From Eledone cirrhosa (taxonomy: Eukaryota): a stretch of DNA of 64,000 nucleotides. Within the stretch, counting starts at the first letter, position 1. Each line of letters opens with the position of its first letter. Made by a program: the position numbers and the translations under genes. The notes under the pieces are model-generated. The model ran no database searches. It saw nothing but the letters and a program-made list of their open reading frames with translations, and had not been told where the DNA came from. The stretch lies in contig OZ024740.1 in NCBI GenBank assembly GCA_964016885.1, forward strand, positions 180,978,001-181,042,000. Direction: 5' to 3'. This document shows positions 26,766-39,825 of this stretch, piece after piece.

Positions 26766-27120
26766 TATCTTGCTACAGTGATAAGTTTTGACTGAATCGT
26801 TTTGGTATGATGTAGTAGTACTATACATGTTATACATTCCTTCAATTCCTTATTAATAATATTTATTACATCACATGTCGTTATTACTCTTTTAATGCAA
26901 AGTAAAGATAAAATATAGGTATGTACACGTACATACATATATGTATACAGACGTACAGTAGTATGTATATATATATACATACATGCACACATATATATAT
27001 GTACGTATGGATTCACCGAACATTTATTATACTGGTCGGTGTGTTTGTAAACAAACATCCCGTATTAAGCCGTGGTGTCTAGCAACCATCGTTGCTCGTT
27101 TGTTCAACACTGACAAAGGA

Positions 27121-27163
27121 ACTCTGTACTAGTTTCAAGCTTATTAGCTATCGTCAGCAACGT
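27121..27163 (-). ncRNA. Minimal type I hammerhead ribozyme
   Basis: Minus strand ACGTTG CTGACGA TAGCT-AATA-AGCTT GAAA CTAG TA CAGAGT. Confidence 0.82.
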
Positions 27164-27556
27164 ATACCTTCCTGCCAGATTGTTGAACATATATACTTAC
27201 CTTATGCATATTAACGGCTGAGTAGCCCAATTTGCATATCGAGTGGGCTAATCGGCCGGGTGCACCGAAAACGATAAACGGAAAAAATGAAACGAAATTT
27301 CATTTCCCACTCTTAGTACGGCTGTTACTTAAATATAAGTATGTACACGTACATACATATATGTATACAGACGTACAGTAGTATGTATATATATATATAT
27401 ATATACATAGATGCACACATATATATATATATATATGAACGTATGGATTCACCGAACATTTATTATAATGCTCGGTGTGTTTGTAAACAAACATCCCGTA
27501 TTAAGCCGTAGTGTCTAGCAACCATCGTTGCTCGTTTGTTCAACACTGACAAAGGA

Positions 27557-27599
27557 ACGCTGTACTGGTTTCAAGCTTATTAGCTATCGTCAGTAACGT
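27557..27599 (-). ncRNA. Minimal hammerhead copy (changes in stems I and III)
   Basis: ACGTTA CTGACGA..GAAA CCAG TA CAGCGT. Confidence 0.7.
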
Positions 27600-27976
27600 A
27601 TACCTTCCTGCCAGATTGTTGAACGTATATACTTACCTTATGCATATTAACGGCTGAGTAGCCCAATTTGCATATCGAGTGGGTTAATCGGCCGGGCGCA
27701 CCGAAAACGATAAACGGAAAAAATAAAACGAAATTTCATTTCCCACTCTTAGTACGGCTGTTACTTAAATATAAGTATGTACACGTACATACATATATGT
27801 ATACAGACGTACAGTAGTATGTATATATATATACATAAATGCACACATATATATATGTACGTATGGATTCACCGAACATTTATTATAATGCTCGGTGTGT
27901 TTGTAAACAAACATCCCGTATTAAGCCGTAGTGTCTAGAAACCATCGTTGTTCGTTTGTTCAACACTGACAAAGGA

Positions 27977-28019
27977 ACGCTGTACTAGTTTCAAGCTTAT
28001 TAGCTATCGTCAACAACGT
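27977..28019 (-). ncRNA. Minimal hammerhead copy (C3U)
   Basis: ACGTTG TTGACGA..GAAA CTAG TA CAGCGT. Confidence 0.7.
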
Positions 28020-28275
28020 ATACCTTCCTGCCAGATTGTTGAACGTATATACTTACCTTATGCATATTAACGGCTGAGTAGCCCAATTTGCATATTGAGT
28101 GGGTTAATCGGCCGGGTGCACCGAAAACGATAAACGGAAAAAATGGAACGAAATTTAATTTCTCACACCTAGTACGGCTGTTACTTAAATATAAGTATGT
28201 ACACGTACATACATATATTTATACAGGCGTACAGTAGTATGTATATATATATACATACATGCACACATATACATA

Positions 28276-28315
28276 TTGCTGACGATAGCTAATAAGCTTG
28301 AAACTAGTACATTGT
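28276..28315 (+). ncRNA. Minimal hammerhead at the start of the inverted arm
   Basis: TTG CTGACGA TAGCTAATAAGCTT GAAA CTAG TA CATTGT. Confidence 0.75.
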
Positions 28316-29285
28316 TCCTTTGTCAGTGTTGAACAAACGAGCAACGATAGTTGCTAGACACTACGGCTTAATACGGGATGTTTGTTTACAAACACACCGA
28401 GCATTATAATAAATGTTCGGTGAATCCATACGTACATATATATATGTGTGCATGTATGTATATATATATATATATACATACTACTGTACGTCTGTATACA
28501 TATATGTATGTACGTGTACATACTTATATTTAAGGAACTGCGGTACTAAGTGTGGGAAATGAAATTTCGTTTCCTTTTTTCGGTTTAAAGATAAAATGTT
28601 TTCCGATTAAACGTTCACTTACATAACACATGAATTTGTAAGTCCTTCACTGAAATACTGAACAATTTCTCGCTATAAAGATATGCACTTATAACGGATG
28701 AGTAAATAGAGTTGTACTTTTAGTTTCCTGTCACCGAATTAAAACCCTACTAGGATCAATATTAATCTTATATCCGTCGATGTTAATGAACTACACTTGT
28801 CTATTTGTCTGAGTTTAGATGCAGAACTTTTCTATCATCGAACACTGTACATTAAAATGTGTTTAGGTAAGTTTGATGACTATAACATATGATCATAACA
28901 ATTATCAGCGTCTTTCACACGGCACAGAACGATCTCTAAATTTGTACTCAAACATTTTAGAGAAAGATTTAAAAATAATTTTATTTATTTTATTTTGATA
29001 ATGTAGATAAAATACTGCAGAGGAGAAATTGGTAAATTCTTCATGTAATATGTCTTGTTTCCCTTAAATAAAATCATGTTATTCCACCTACTTAAACCTG
29101 CAGATATTTCATATATACAGAAGGCGTGATTTCGCAAATAAACATATATTATTGCTGCAAACATTGTTGAAATTTATTATCTCAATGTAATGTAGATTTT
29201 CATTTGTAAATCTTTATAGCTGGCATACTTTAGACGCTACTGATAATAATATCCTCTTATTCTTTCCGAACCAGTGTTATGTAGT

Positions 29286-29401
29286 ATATATATATCCAAA
29301 ATTAAAATTAAGGGTTGCATGTCTGAGAGACATACGCCATATCCACCGTAGAATAAGCTCAAAGATTAGATACAAGCATTACATATCAACTAGAAATAGA
29401 T

Positions 29402-29448
<47 letters not shown>

Positions 29449-30390
29449 ATAAATACAATATATATAAAATAAACATATGGAACAATCACAGGGAATAATT
29501 TGTAAAGAATGTAGGCACACATAGCTAGGTAGGTAACTAATTAAAGTTTGACAAGAACTTCAAATATTGATACCTTTTAAAATGATTAATCTCCTTTGTA
29601 TATATTTCTTTAAGTAAGAAATATATTTCACCTATTAATCCGTAAATAACAGCAGTTAAATTCTTGGATGTTCACCAAATGAGAAGAAAAATAACCATCT
29701 GTGTTTACAAAGCAAATGCAAATCTGTGAATGATTCGAACCAAGTGTTGCATTTTAAAAACAAATACACTCGTTGAACAACGTCACCCAGTGGCGTGAAT
29801 AGGACCATCGACAGCCAGAAATAGCAGCGGAGCCTATTCAACTGAATTAGCTCCACAATCAAGGGGCCATATATATATCCAAAATTAAGGGTTGTCATGT
29901 CAGAGAGACATATGGCGCATGTCTCTCAGACATGACAGCCCTTAATTATAACTTTGGATATATATTGATTGTTGAGCTAATTCAGTTGAATAGGCTCGGC
30001 TGCTATTTCTGGCTGTCGATGGTCCTATTCACGCCACTGGGTGACGTTGTTCAACGAGTGTATTTTTAAAAAAATGCAACACGTGGTTCGAATCATTCAC
30101 AGATTTGCATTTGCTTTGTAAACACAGATGGTTATTTTCCTCTCCTTTGGTGAACATCCAAGAATTTAACTGCTGTTATTTACGGATTAATAGGTGAAAT
30201 ATATTTCTTACTTAAAGAAATATATACAAAGGAGATTAATCATTTTAAAAGGTATCCATCTATATTTGAAGTTCTACTCAAACTTTAATTAGTTACCTAC
30301 CTATATATGTGTGCCTACATTCTTTACAAATTTTTCCCTGTGATTGTTTCATGTATTTATTTTATATATATATATATGTCAATCTATTTC

Positions 30391-30400
<10 letters not shown>
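29286..30400. repeat. Non-coding element with a ~580-bp unit plus partial repeat, folded into a long spacer-less inverted repeat centred near 29912
   Basis: About 29385-29910 is mirrored by 29913-30400; same family as 62745-63700. Confidence 0.88.
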
Positions 30401-30448
<48 letters not shown>

Positions 30449-30613
30449 TTAATTAAGTATAGAAATCCACAATTGCAGCTAAAAATATATACATGTGGTA
30501 GCGCTTCATATAAACTTATATTTGGATAACATCTTTATAAAATAGTATATAAATGTGCATAAATACACGTAGATACACACGCACAAGAACACAAACGCAC
30601 ACAAGATCTCTCC

Positions 30614-30686
<73 letters not shown>

Positions 30687-31331
30687 ATAATAATAAATGC
30701 GAAGACTAAAATGCAAAGAGGGCTCGATAAGGATAAATATATATCAAATATATAAGAATCCTAGTGCAAATATTTATTAAGATAACAGATTAAAGTTTAA
30801 GCAAAGATTCGCTGCTTTCACCCTTAACGGGATCTTCTGAAACTAAAAAGGTCAATCTGAGAACGCAGAAGTAAATATTTCGAAAAACATTTCAACCGAA
30901 GCAAAACCGGAAGACATTATTTTGGTTCGTGAAGACGTTCCCGGGCAATGTACGAAAAAAAAAACGAAGATAATAAGTCGTTATGTGGAGCGCTGAGAAC
31001 AATTACACGCAAAGGGAAAACCAAGTTTATGGTATAAATGGAGTCATTAGAATAATCCTCTATTTAGGAAACCGAATGATTCTCGGCTTCGGAGTAAATA
31101 AATTGGTTAAACGGAAATGAGAGAGGTTATTAAAATCATGAAAAATAATAATAATTTAATATATACATACTCACATCTACGTGCGTACATACACGTGCAT
31201 ACACGAAAACACACGCCATGAATGCATATACATGCACGTACATATAAACACGAGCACACGTACGTAAACTGGTGCCACATATATGCCCGCACACATACGA
31301 ATAAATATGTGTGTGTGTGTATATATATATA

Positions 31332-32218
31332 CGAGGTGGGTCAGAAAAGTTCCAGGACTGATGTCACAAAAGATTTATTTCAAAGCCAAACTTCACACTA
31401 AGAGTTTTCTCCTTCAAAGTAATCCCCCTGAAGTCTAATGCAATGTTCCATCCTTTTCTGCCATGCTTGATGCACTCCTGGAAGGATTCTTCCGGGATGC
31501 TCCGCAGTTCCGTCGTCATTGCCTTTTTTATTGTCGTCCACGTCTTCAAAACGAGTCCCCTCCGAGTCGTACTCGATGATCCATGACTCATCACCGGTGA
31601 TGATTGTCCCTAGCAAGTCTGGTTCGGTTTCAAGACGGTCGTGATGTCCTGCATGCGTGGAGCCTTCTGGTCATCGTTCAGCAGTTTCGGAACCATCTTC
31701 GCACAGACTTTCCGCATGTCCAAATCTTCAGTGAGAATCTTCCAGACGCTGTCGCAATTCATGCCCAGCTCATTTGCAACCAGTCGAACAGTCAGCCGAC
31801 GATCGCTACGCACCATCTGCCTGACGCGCTCAACGTTGACCTCAGTCCTGGTTGTTGAGGGCCTTCCGCTCCTGGGGTCATCTTCCACGTCCTCGCGTCC
31901 TTCTTTAAACCTCTTGCACCACTCAAAAGCACGTGAGCGTGACATCGTCTCATCTCCATAAACTTGCAGGAGCTATCCCAGTGCTTCTGACGCAGTTTTC
32001 AAGTTTGTTTCTTTACTCTGTGCTCACTGTTTGACGACCTGAAACAGAGGACATGTATATAAAATTATGAAGAAAAAAGTTTGATCGCTGTAGAGAGCTA
32101 AGATTACAGTTACATACTCTAGGGGGATTACTTTGAAGGATAAAACTGTTAGTGTAAAAGTTGGGTTTGAAATAAATCTTTTGTGAGATCAGTCCGGGAA
32201 CTTTTCTGACACATCTCG
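31332..32218 (-). mobile_element. Internally deleted mariner (Tc1/mariner) DNA transposon
   Basis: TA flanks (31330-31331, 32219-32220); ~95-bp imperfect terminal inverted repeats; transposase HTH (FEWCKRFKEGRE..DDPRSGRP), VPKLL and IITGDESW motifs joined directly to C-terminal GTRFED..W..C...GDYFE. Confidence 0.93.
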
Positions 32219-32444
32219 TACATATAATTATATATACATATATAAATATACACGCATAAATGCGTATATAACGCACACACATACCTACAGGTAAAAATAC
32301 ATCTGTTCACCAAACGTAAATATACTAAAACCCTAAGTACACATGTACACACCAAACCTACGTGCTAACACACATACACACTCAAACATACATACAAAAC
32401 ATATATACAAACCATACACTTCCCATAATCCATATATATATATA

Positions 32445-33945
32445 TAATAAGGAAAAGCGAAGTAGTTTCAGATGTTCAAGTCCTTTAATAATAATTGTTT
32501 CTACTTTAGGCACAAGGCCAGCAATTACCCAGTGCATTACTGGTACTTTATTTTATCGACCCCGGAAGGATGAAAGGCAAAGTCAACCTCGGCGGGATTT
32601 GAACTCAGATCGTAAAGGGACGTAACTATGCTGGAAAGCATGGCGTCCGACCCTCTACCGATACTGCCAATCCACCGCCTTTAATAATAATGCTGTGATA
32701 TAAATTAAACAATTAAGAAATTAACAATTAGAAATTAAAGAATTAAAAAAAAGAATTAAAAAAATTCTTTTCAGGTGATAATTCGGATTGAGATGAGTAA
32801 AAATATAGACTGAAGTGAGTAAATAATATGGAGATAGATGTTTAAGTAATATGTTCTGAGAGGGATTCTAGTGTCACAGTTACTCTATCCACATATTGAA
32901 CGACAGTGCCGTACATTATAACTACAGGGCTCCAGGCATTAGTCAATCTGGTACACAGTCGTAATTTCCATCACATGGAACAAAATCAAAGAAAAACAGA
33001 CATAAAGTACACAAAAGAAAAGAACAGACCCAATAGTGAATAAATGCAAAAACACAGAGTACATATATGCAAAATAATCCATATGATTGTCCATCTGTCC
33101 ATTTATAGATTGAATTGAGGGGGCCTCTGATCAAATGCGATTTGGTGGAGGAAAATAGGGGTTTATCCTATTATTTGTTTCCGCGTATTTATCCTGCCGA
33201 AATTTACTATTATGTCCGTCCAGTGTAAGGGTTTTTTTAATTCTTTTTTTTAATTTTTAATTTCTAATTGTTAATTTCTTAATTGTTTAATTTATAATTT
33301 CTGATATTAGATATAGGATTTTAATTTTTATTTCCAACTCCCACTCTTAACTTCCAACGTAAAACCATGATACCTAGAATAAGTTTATTTTCCCTTATAA
33401 GGTGATGGTCAGTCGTACCGTCAACGCTTAGTGAGGGGTAGTATTATGACCTGTAAAAACTAACACTCTCCCATCCCCTCTGGCTCTCAGCTGACTGCCA
33501 CAGCCGTGATGGGTAGCAGTAAAATATGGGCCATTGTTTTGGCTGACAGGGTGAACTGACTAAGCAAATTTCGTTGAAATCTGCGGCGGCTAATGGTCAA
33601 CTTCCTTCGGACATGCGCTTGCGCAGGCCGGTGGGGGTGAATTGGTACTCACAAGGGAGCGGATGAAAAACCCCAAAACACGCAATTCATACATCCCATG
33701 TCGATCGAATTTGCATTGCCTCGGAAACATAACCTTATTATGTAACAAGCTCTCTGATGATGACACGACACTCGCACACAGAACAGTGTGGCCAGTGTCG
33801 TCACTGAAATATATATCACAGCATTATTATTAAAGGACTTGAACATCTGAAACTACTTCGTTTTTCCTTATTCGATATTTACTCCGTCACTCCTATGTGG
33901 AAAAAGTACGTTGAGTGCTTGAATTGAATTGCATCAATGTTTACC

Positions 33946-33950
<5 letters not shown>
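32445..33950 (+). mobile_element. PLE-like non-coding remnant with inverted 5' segments and a hammerhead
   Basis: 32445-32495 plus 32691-32700 is the reverse complement of about 33811-33872; 32701-32764 mirrors about 33232-33295; motif GCTCT CTGATGA TGACAC..GTGTCGTCACT GAAA TATATA TC ACAGC at 33749-33822. Confidence 0.7.
32496..32680 (-). mobile_element. tRNA-derived SINE, family 1, full length with target-site duplication
   Basis: A and B boxes; CCTTTAATAATAAT repeated at 32482-32495 and 32678-32691. Confidence 0.9.
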
Positions 33951-34013
<63 letters not shown>

Positions 34014-34179
34014 ATACAATAACAGAGATAGCTTAAAGCTAAACTCCGACTGGTAACCATCTCACTCAACAAACATTAGGTTATATGTTAGTATAAACCC
34101 AATTTAAGTGTTTGGGGTGCTAACTATATGTATTATGTGGAAAGCCAGTTGTATTATTTTATGAGATATAATTAAAGTT

Positions 34180-34238
<59 letters not shown>

Positions 34239-34649
34239 ACACACGCAAAACAAATTAATACACGTACATACACATACACGCATACCTATACGTCCACACA
34301 CACACACGTGTGTGTATGTGGACATATAGGTATGCGTGTATGTGTATGTACAATATACAATATACACATAAATATACATAAATATACACAGATACACATA
34401 TACACGCATACAAATATACACGCACAAACACGAATAACACATATACACATATGTATATATAATTTATAAACCTATCACATATACACATATGTATATATAA
34501 TATATATATACCTATAACATATACAAGCATATATACGTACGAGAAAGTATACGTACCTCCACAAACATACGGGTAAGCTATACTTACCAATACAAATAAG
34601 TAATGGTGTAAACATAAAATATACTTAGATACCACATCAAGACGTAAAC

Positions 34650-35660
34650 TATCCGCGTATTGTTCGTACTATCCGTTAGGGTATAATGAGGGCTGTAATA
34701 CAGGTAAGTTTTATGCAACTTGTGTTTACAAGCCAAAATCGCCTCAGATCTTTTGTTTAAGATGTGATCATTGGCGTAGAGTATTTCCAGGACTTCAGCG
34801 GCGCATAGATCGCATGGCCTTTCATTGCCGTTATTCGATCTAGCTTTAGCTAGGATCTCCCAGTTTAAACTATATTAGGTGTGGTTCTCTTTTATACACC
34901 AGATATAAGCTGAAAGTGACGTCACGTACCTTCTTAATGGGTTAAGAAAAGAATGTGTGTGCAATTAAAGACGCTGCTTGAAAATATTGGCGGTTAACTA
35001 TATGTAGGCCCTACTAGACGTGGGTGTGTCGACCATATATATGTAGACTATGTTACTGGAGAAGCATTTCCCCCTATAGAGGGCAGTCAACCCGATTCCT
35101 ACAATTATAGTTAGTACTAACTACATGGCTGAACGTGTTATTACGGCTAGGTAATTTAGCTAAATTTGAAGCAGTGATGTTATGCGCAAAGTTAGGTGTC
35201 GTGGAGTGAGATATTTTAACGGCATTTCTATAAAAAAATGTTATTATATTTATGTGCTGAGGGGAAATGCTTCTTAATAAGGGAGAGAAAGATTTTAGCT
35301 AATGGTGTGGCCACCTCCATATTATATGGTGGGCTATACCATATAATGTGACGGGATCGATTTTTCCTAGGTTTATGCTCATACTTAGTATAAGCTATCT
35401 TTATCGACAAATCCACTCCGAGCAAGAGCTTCATTGTAATATGTAGAAAGGTCGGTGAAGATATGCTCGTTTGTAGAAAGACGAGAAAGTCTGAAAGTAA
35501 CGTTGCTTACCAGGTTCTTGGTTATACTGGTAGGATGGTTAGAATGCTTACTGGTGTAATTAAGCGTATATTCCGGCTTTCTATACGGATAGAGCATGCT
35601 ATTCGACAACTTGAGGGTACGTCGAGATAGTTTATGACCGAAACATTGGCTTCACCTTGT
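34650..35660 (-). mobile_element. Naiad-type PLE fragment (RT thumb to GIY-YIG)
   Basis: INYLDV..YPYRKP..HSNHP..RLSRLS; RSRHIIWYSPPYN..KHFP; degenerate GIY-YIG at about 34700-35110. Confidence 0.85.
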
Positions 35661-35861
35661 GTGTGTTTGTGTGTGTGTGTGTATGTATGTGTGTGCGTCT
35701 GTGCGTGCGTGTGTGTGTGTGTATGTATATGTTTATCCATATGATGCAAATTATGCCATTATTGGAATTACTGAGGACGTATAGATACATGTAGATACAT
35801 TTAAATGGAAAGGATCCATCCTACATATGTACGACACGAGTTAAACAACCATCTTTAAACG

Positions 35862-36140
35862 TGAAGGCTTGTGCCCTTGTGGCATGTGTTTTGGAATTAC
35901 TGTCATAATGTCCTAGGTTCGATCCCTGAAACGGGTTGTGCGTTGTGTTCTTGAGCAAACCACTTCATTTCATATTGCTTCAGGAAACTCAGCTGGAAAT
36001 GGGTTCCAGCAATAGCTGAGATTTTAACCGTACGATTGCCGGATGTCTTGTCAGGCGGGAAGTCTTGTATTTACAGTTGCTTAATGCCATGGAAATGGGT
36101 ATAAGCAGCAACCTGATGAGCCCCGTGTTCATGATACATT
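35862..36140 (+). mobile_element. tRNA-derived SINE, family 2 (diverged)
   Basis: TGAAGGC head, GGTTCGATCCC B-box, TGTGTTCTTGAGCAAACCACTT block. Confidence 0.7.
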
Positions 36141-38117
36141 ATAAACATTTTAGGGAACGAAACGGAATTTGACTCGAATAATGAATTCGTGTTTTTCTAT
36201 ACAGCTACTTCATTTAGCATCTAGTAAACCCTGTATAATCAGAAAATGTAAAATGTTGTTGTATACAACTGTTCCTTTTGTGAAACTAAAGAACTTTTGA
36301 CGTCTCACCCACTCACAATATTTCCTTGCTCAATTGTTGGAGAATTGTTTCTCGGTTATATACCGGATTCAGGATTCCAAACGGCTTGTCGTTAGATTGT
36401 AGGATTCAGGTAGTGAAAATGATGGATAGAGGAAAGAAGAAATCTGTAGGTAGTAAAAGAAGTGTTATCTGATATACATTTTTCTAACTGTCACTAATGA
36501 ATTCTGAATGGATTAGATTTCTCCCTATATGATAAAGCAAATCCCTGAATAATAAACCACACCATATTCTAGTAATATCAATTTTCCAGTCATATTTTAA
36601 AAACGCTTTCAATGAAAATATGACTGAATAGTTCCGGACGATTGATACAATTGAAATGTTATACATTAAATTCTTATGAAAATAATAGCCATAGTATATA
36701 CAGTAATGCATAATGTGTGAATGACAAGGGAATTTAACGCTGTTATTGCCCATTCACTTTGCAACTAGGGTCATACTGCTCTCGTTTGCCTATTAATGTA
36801 CATATTATATTTTTCTCGTTACATAGTCTATATAATACTTCTGATAGTTTCTCTTCATTTAATAGGATACAAAACAAACTAGGAATGCATATGTGTTGGA
36901 ATAATAACAGCAGAATTGGATAGGCTTCTAAATTAGTATTAGATGTGAAAGAAAATATATTTCCCAAGAAATTAATGATTATTATATTGTATAATTAAGG
37001 GGAAGAATATCCATTAAAATTTGTAACATATGCATATAAAAGTTCAGCCTCAAAGTAATCTATCAACATGTTCGAAATAGTGACAGCAAAATTCTGACAC
37101 CATACTGTTCTATCTTAGAAAATTGAATGTCATAGGAAATAAAATAACTTATTGTACATTTAGACTTAGAAGAAAAGATGGGCGTATAACGGTGATGAAG
37201 ATTCGAAACCGAATCTGAGCTTTCCCGCCTCTGGGACAAGCCGTGGTAAGTTGTTTACGCTCGACAGACCAACCCCTTGGGAGATGCAAAACACAGAGGT
37301 CAGAGATATTTACGCCTGACAGAAAATAGGTCAGAGGATATATCCATCTTTCTGAGTTGTTTACCCCTAGCAAACCAATCCCTTGGGAGATACTAACCAA
37401 AAGTCAGATGATATATCTATCCTTCCAAATTCAACCCTTATAAATACAAGTCTTCATTACGACCCGGCAGTAAAAGTGTTACCACGGACAGGAACGGACA
37501 TTTCACCTACTCTGACAAATCTGTCGTCACGAAAAACGTCTGTAACTATTTCTCACATGCCTGACTTAGTTATTACTACTACTGGTAAATCAAGAAAGTA
37601 TAGTAATACGCACACACGCATTCATAGTAAGTTCATACTGTTTGCATTTTTTACACGCACCATTTCTGTCATTCAAAATGCTTCTTTCGGATACAGTACA
37701 CATTATATTATAATCGTATTCTGTGATACTTGTATCTACGTGGCTCGAAGAGCCCCCAAATTATTGTACGAATATTTCATGTTAAAGATTTTATCAGTCA
37801 ATATTCAAATTGAATATCGTTATAATAAAATAAACATTGTAAAAACACAATCCTGGTATCATTCTTTGCATTGAAACAATCATACCAACAATTCCATCTA
37901 ACTACTTATTGTTACAACCCAAATATTCGTTCCAGGCTGGTATTATGCTAAGGGAATAGCATATTTATATATATACTTACCCCCCTCTCTCTCCCCCCTC
38001 TCTCTCTCTCAATATATATATATATATATACGTAGGTCCCGAGTTGAGTCGGGGATAACCACAGTAAGTAAGGTACTCAATACATGGCAGAGTAATTTTT
38101 TTTTATTTTATAGACGG

Positions 38118-38168
38118 AGCTTCTACAGGACTAGTACAGTTTCATTCAGATGAAATCTTCAGGAAGCT
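38118..38168 (-). ncRNA. Type I hammerhead ribozyme
   Basis: Minus strand AGCTTC CTGAAGA TTTCA-TC-TGAAT GAAA CTGTACTAGTCCTG TA GAAGCT. Confidence 0.78.
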
Positions 38169-38639
38169 GGGTGTCATATTAAGTTCTGGTATTTATACAT
38201 TTAGGAAGTGGTAAGGGAGGGTGGTGGATGGGGGGGGATTTTGGGGGGTAGGATGGTGTTTAGATACACAGGACCACAACATGGCACAGGCCGTTTTTTC
38301 TTTGGGGAGTGGTCAATTAGCCAGAGTGCTTTTTTGAGATAAATAAATAAGTAAATAAATAAATAAATGAAAAAATAGATAAATGAATAAATAAATAAAG
38401 AAAAAAAAAAAGAAAAAAAGATAAAGAAATAAAAACCCCGAGAATAGTAATTCAACAGATATATAGTAGGGAAATTTTTTTAGGTGGGTTGGTAATAGAA
38501 ATTGAACATTGAACAAGACCGAATCATGGCACATACTGAGGTGAGTGGTCAAGTTAACATACAAGCCACAGGTGGCCAGAGTGTTTTTGTAGAATGGAAA
38601 GAATAAAATATATTTACATACTCACAACAGCATACAAAA

Positions 38640-38665
38640 ATACTTACACACACACATATATATAT

Positions 38666-38710
<45 letters not shown>

Positions 38711-38733
38711 TACCTACACATACACACACACAC

Positions 38734-38783
<50 letters not shown>

Positions 38784-39187
38784 GTATATATATATATATA
38801 TACGCACACATATGTGTGTGCGTATACACATATATATACATACACACACATATTCATATACACACACACACATACATACACATATATACACAAGATAAAA
38901 CACAAACACACAAATATACACACACACACGCATACACATACACACACATATATATCTACACATACACACACATATACTCTTTTACTCTTTTACCTGTTTT
39001 ACTCTTTTACTCTTTTACCTGTTTCAGCCATCCGGCTGTATATATACACACCTACATGTATGTATGTCTCTCAGTATAAACTATACTATACATACACATA
39101 CATATGCACACACATACATACACACACATACATACACACACACACACAAACACATATATACATATACACACACACATACATATATAA

Positions 39188-39282
<95 letters not shown>

Positions 39283-39400
39283 CATATATACATACACACA
39301 CATACACATATACAAGCACACACGCATACATACACATACATACATACAGATAAGTACACATAAACGCATATGCACAAACACGCACTCGTTCGCACTCATA
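38640..39400. repeat. Mixed (TA)/(CA)/(TACA) microsatellite
   Basis: Visible directly. Confidence 0.95.
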
Positions 39401-39790
39401 CATGTGTCTATAGTATAATGGTAGTGGGACAAATTTTAAATTTTAAATTCCAAACTTCAAATTTTAAACTTTAAATTTTAAATTTTAAACTTTAAATTTT
39501 AAACTGGGCCTGATAGAGGATTAAAATAATTAATATCACTACTAAGTTATTAATATTATCATCAAGTAATTAATTACTATTTATTATTTACCATTCACTA
39601 TTAGTTACCTATCTTTTATCTTTTATCTATTCATTACCTAATCATTCACTCATAAATTAATAAATAAAATAAATGAATGAGTTAACTAACAAACAAACAA
39701 ACAAACAGATAAACAAATAAACCAGTAAATAAGTAAATAAATAAATAAATAAATAAATAGATAAATAAATAAATAAGTAAATAAGGTAAC

Positions 39791-39825
<35 letters not shown>

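Larger units (their letters stand above)
26911..28585. mobile_element. Retrozyme-like tandem array: 3.2 copies of a ~420-bp hammerhead unit (minus) plus an inverted partial copy (plus)
   Basis: Units start near 26911, 27331, 27767 and 28187; inverted copy 28276-28585; each full unit has the hammerhead; no real ORF. Confidence 0.9.

Noticed and set aside
26911-28275. Possible CRISPR-like array
   Set aside because: Whole ~420-bp units repeat with no unique spacers; eukaryotic context and no cas genes
36110-36165. CTGATGAG..GAAAC hammerhead-like words
   Set aside because: Lies in a SINE tail with no supporting stems
37383-37874. 163-aa ORF
   Set aside because: Non-ATG start, no recognisable domain and no splice support
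38594-39432. Long ORFs rich in YI/HT/VC repeats (also at 12456-12778, 15712-16016, 34104-34635, 41966-42362)
   Set aside because: Translations of (TA)n/(CA)n microsatellites, not genes
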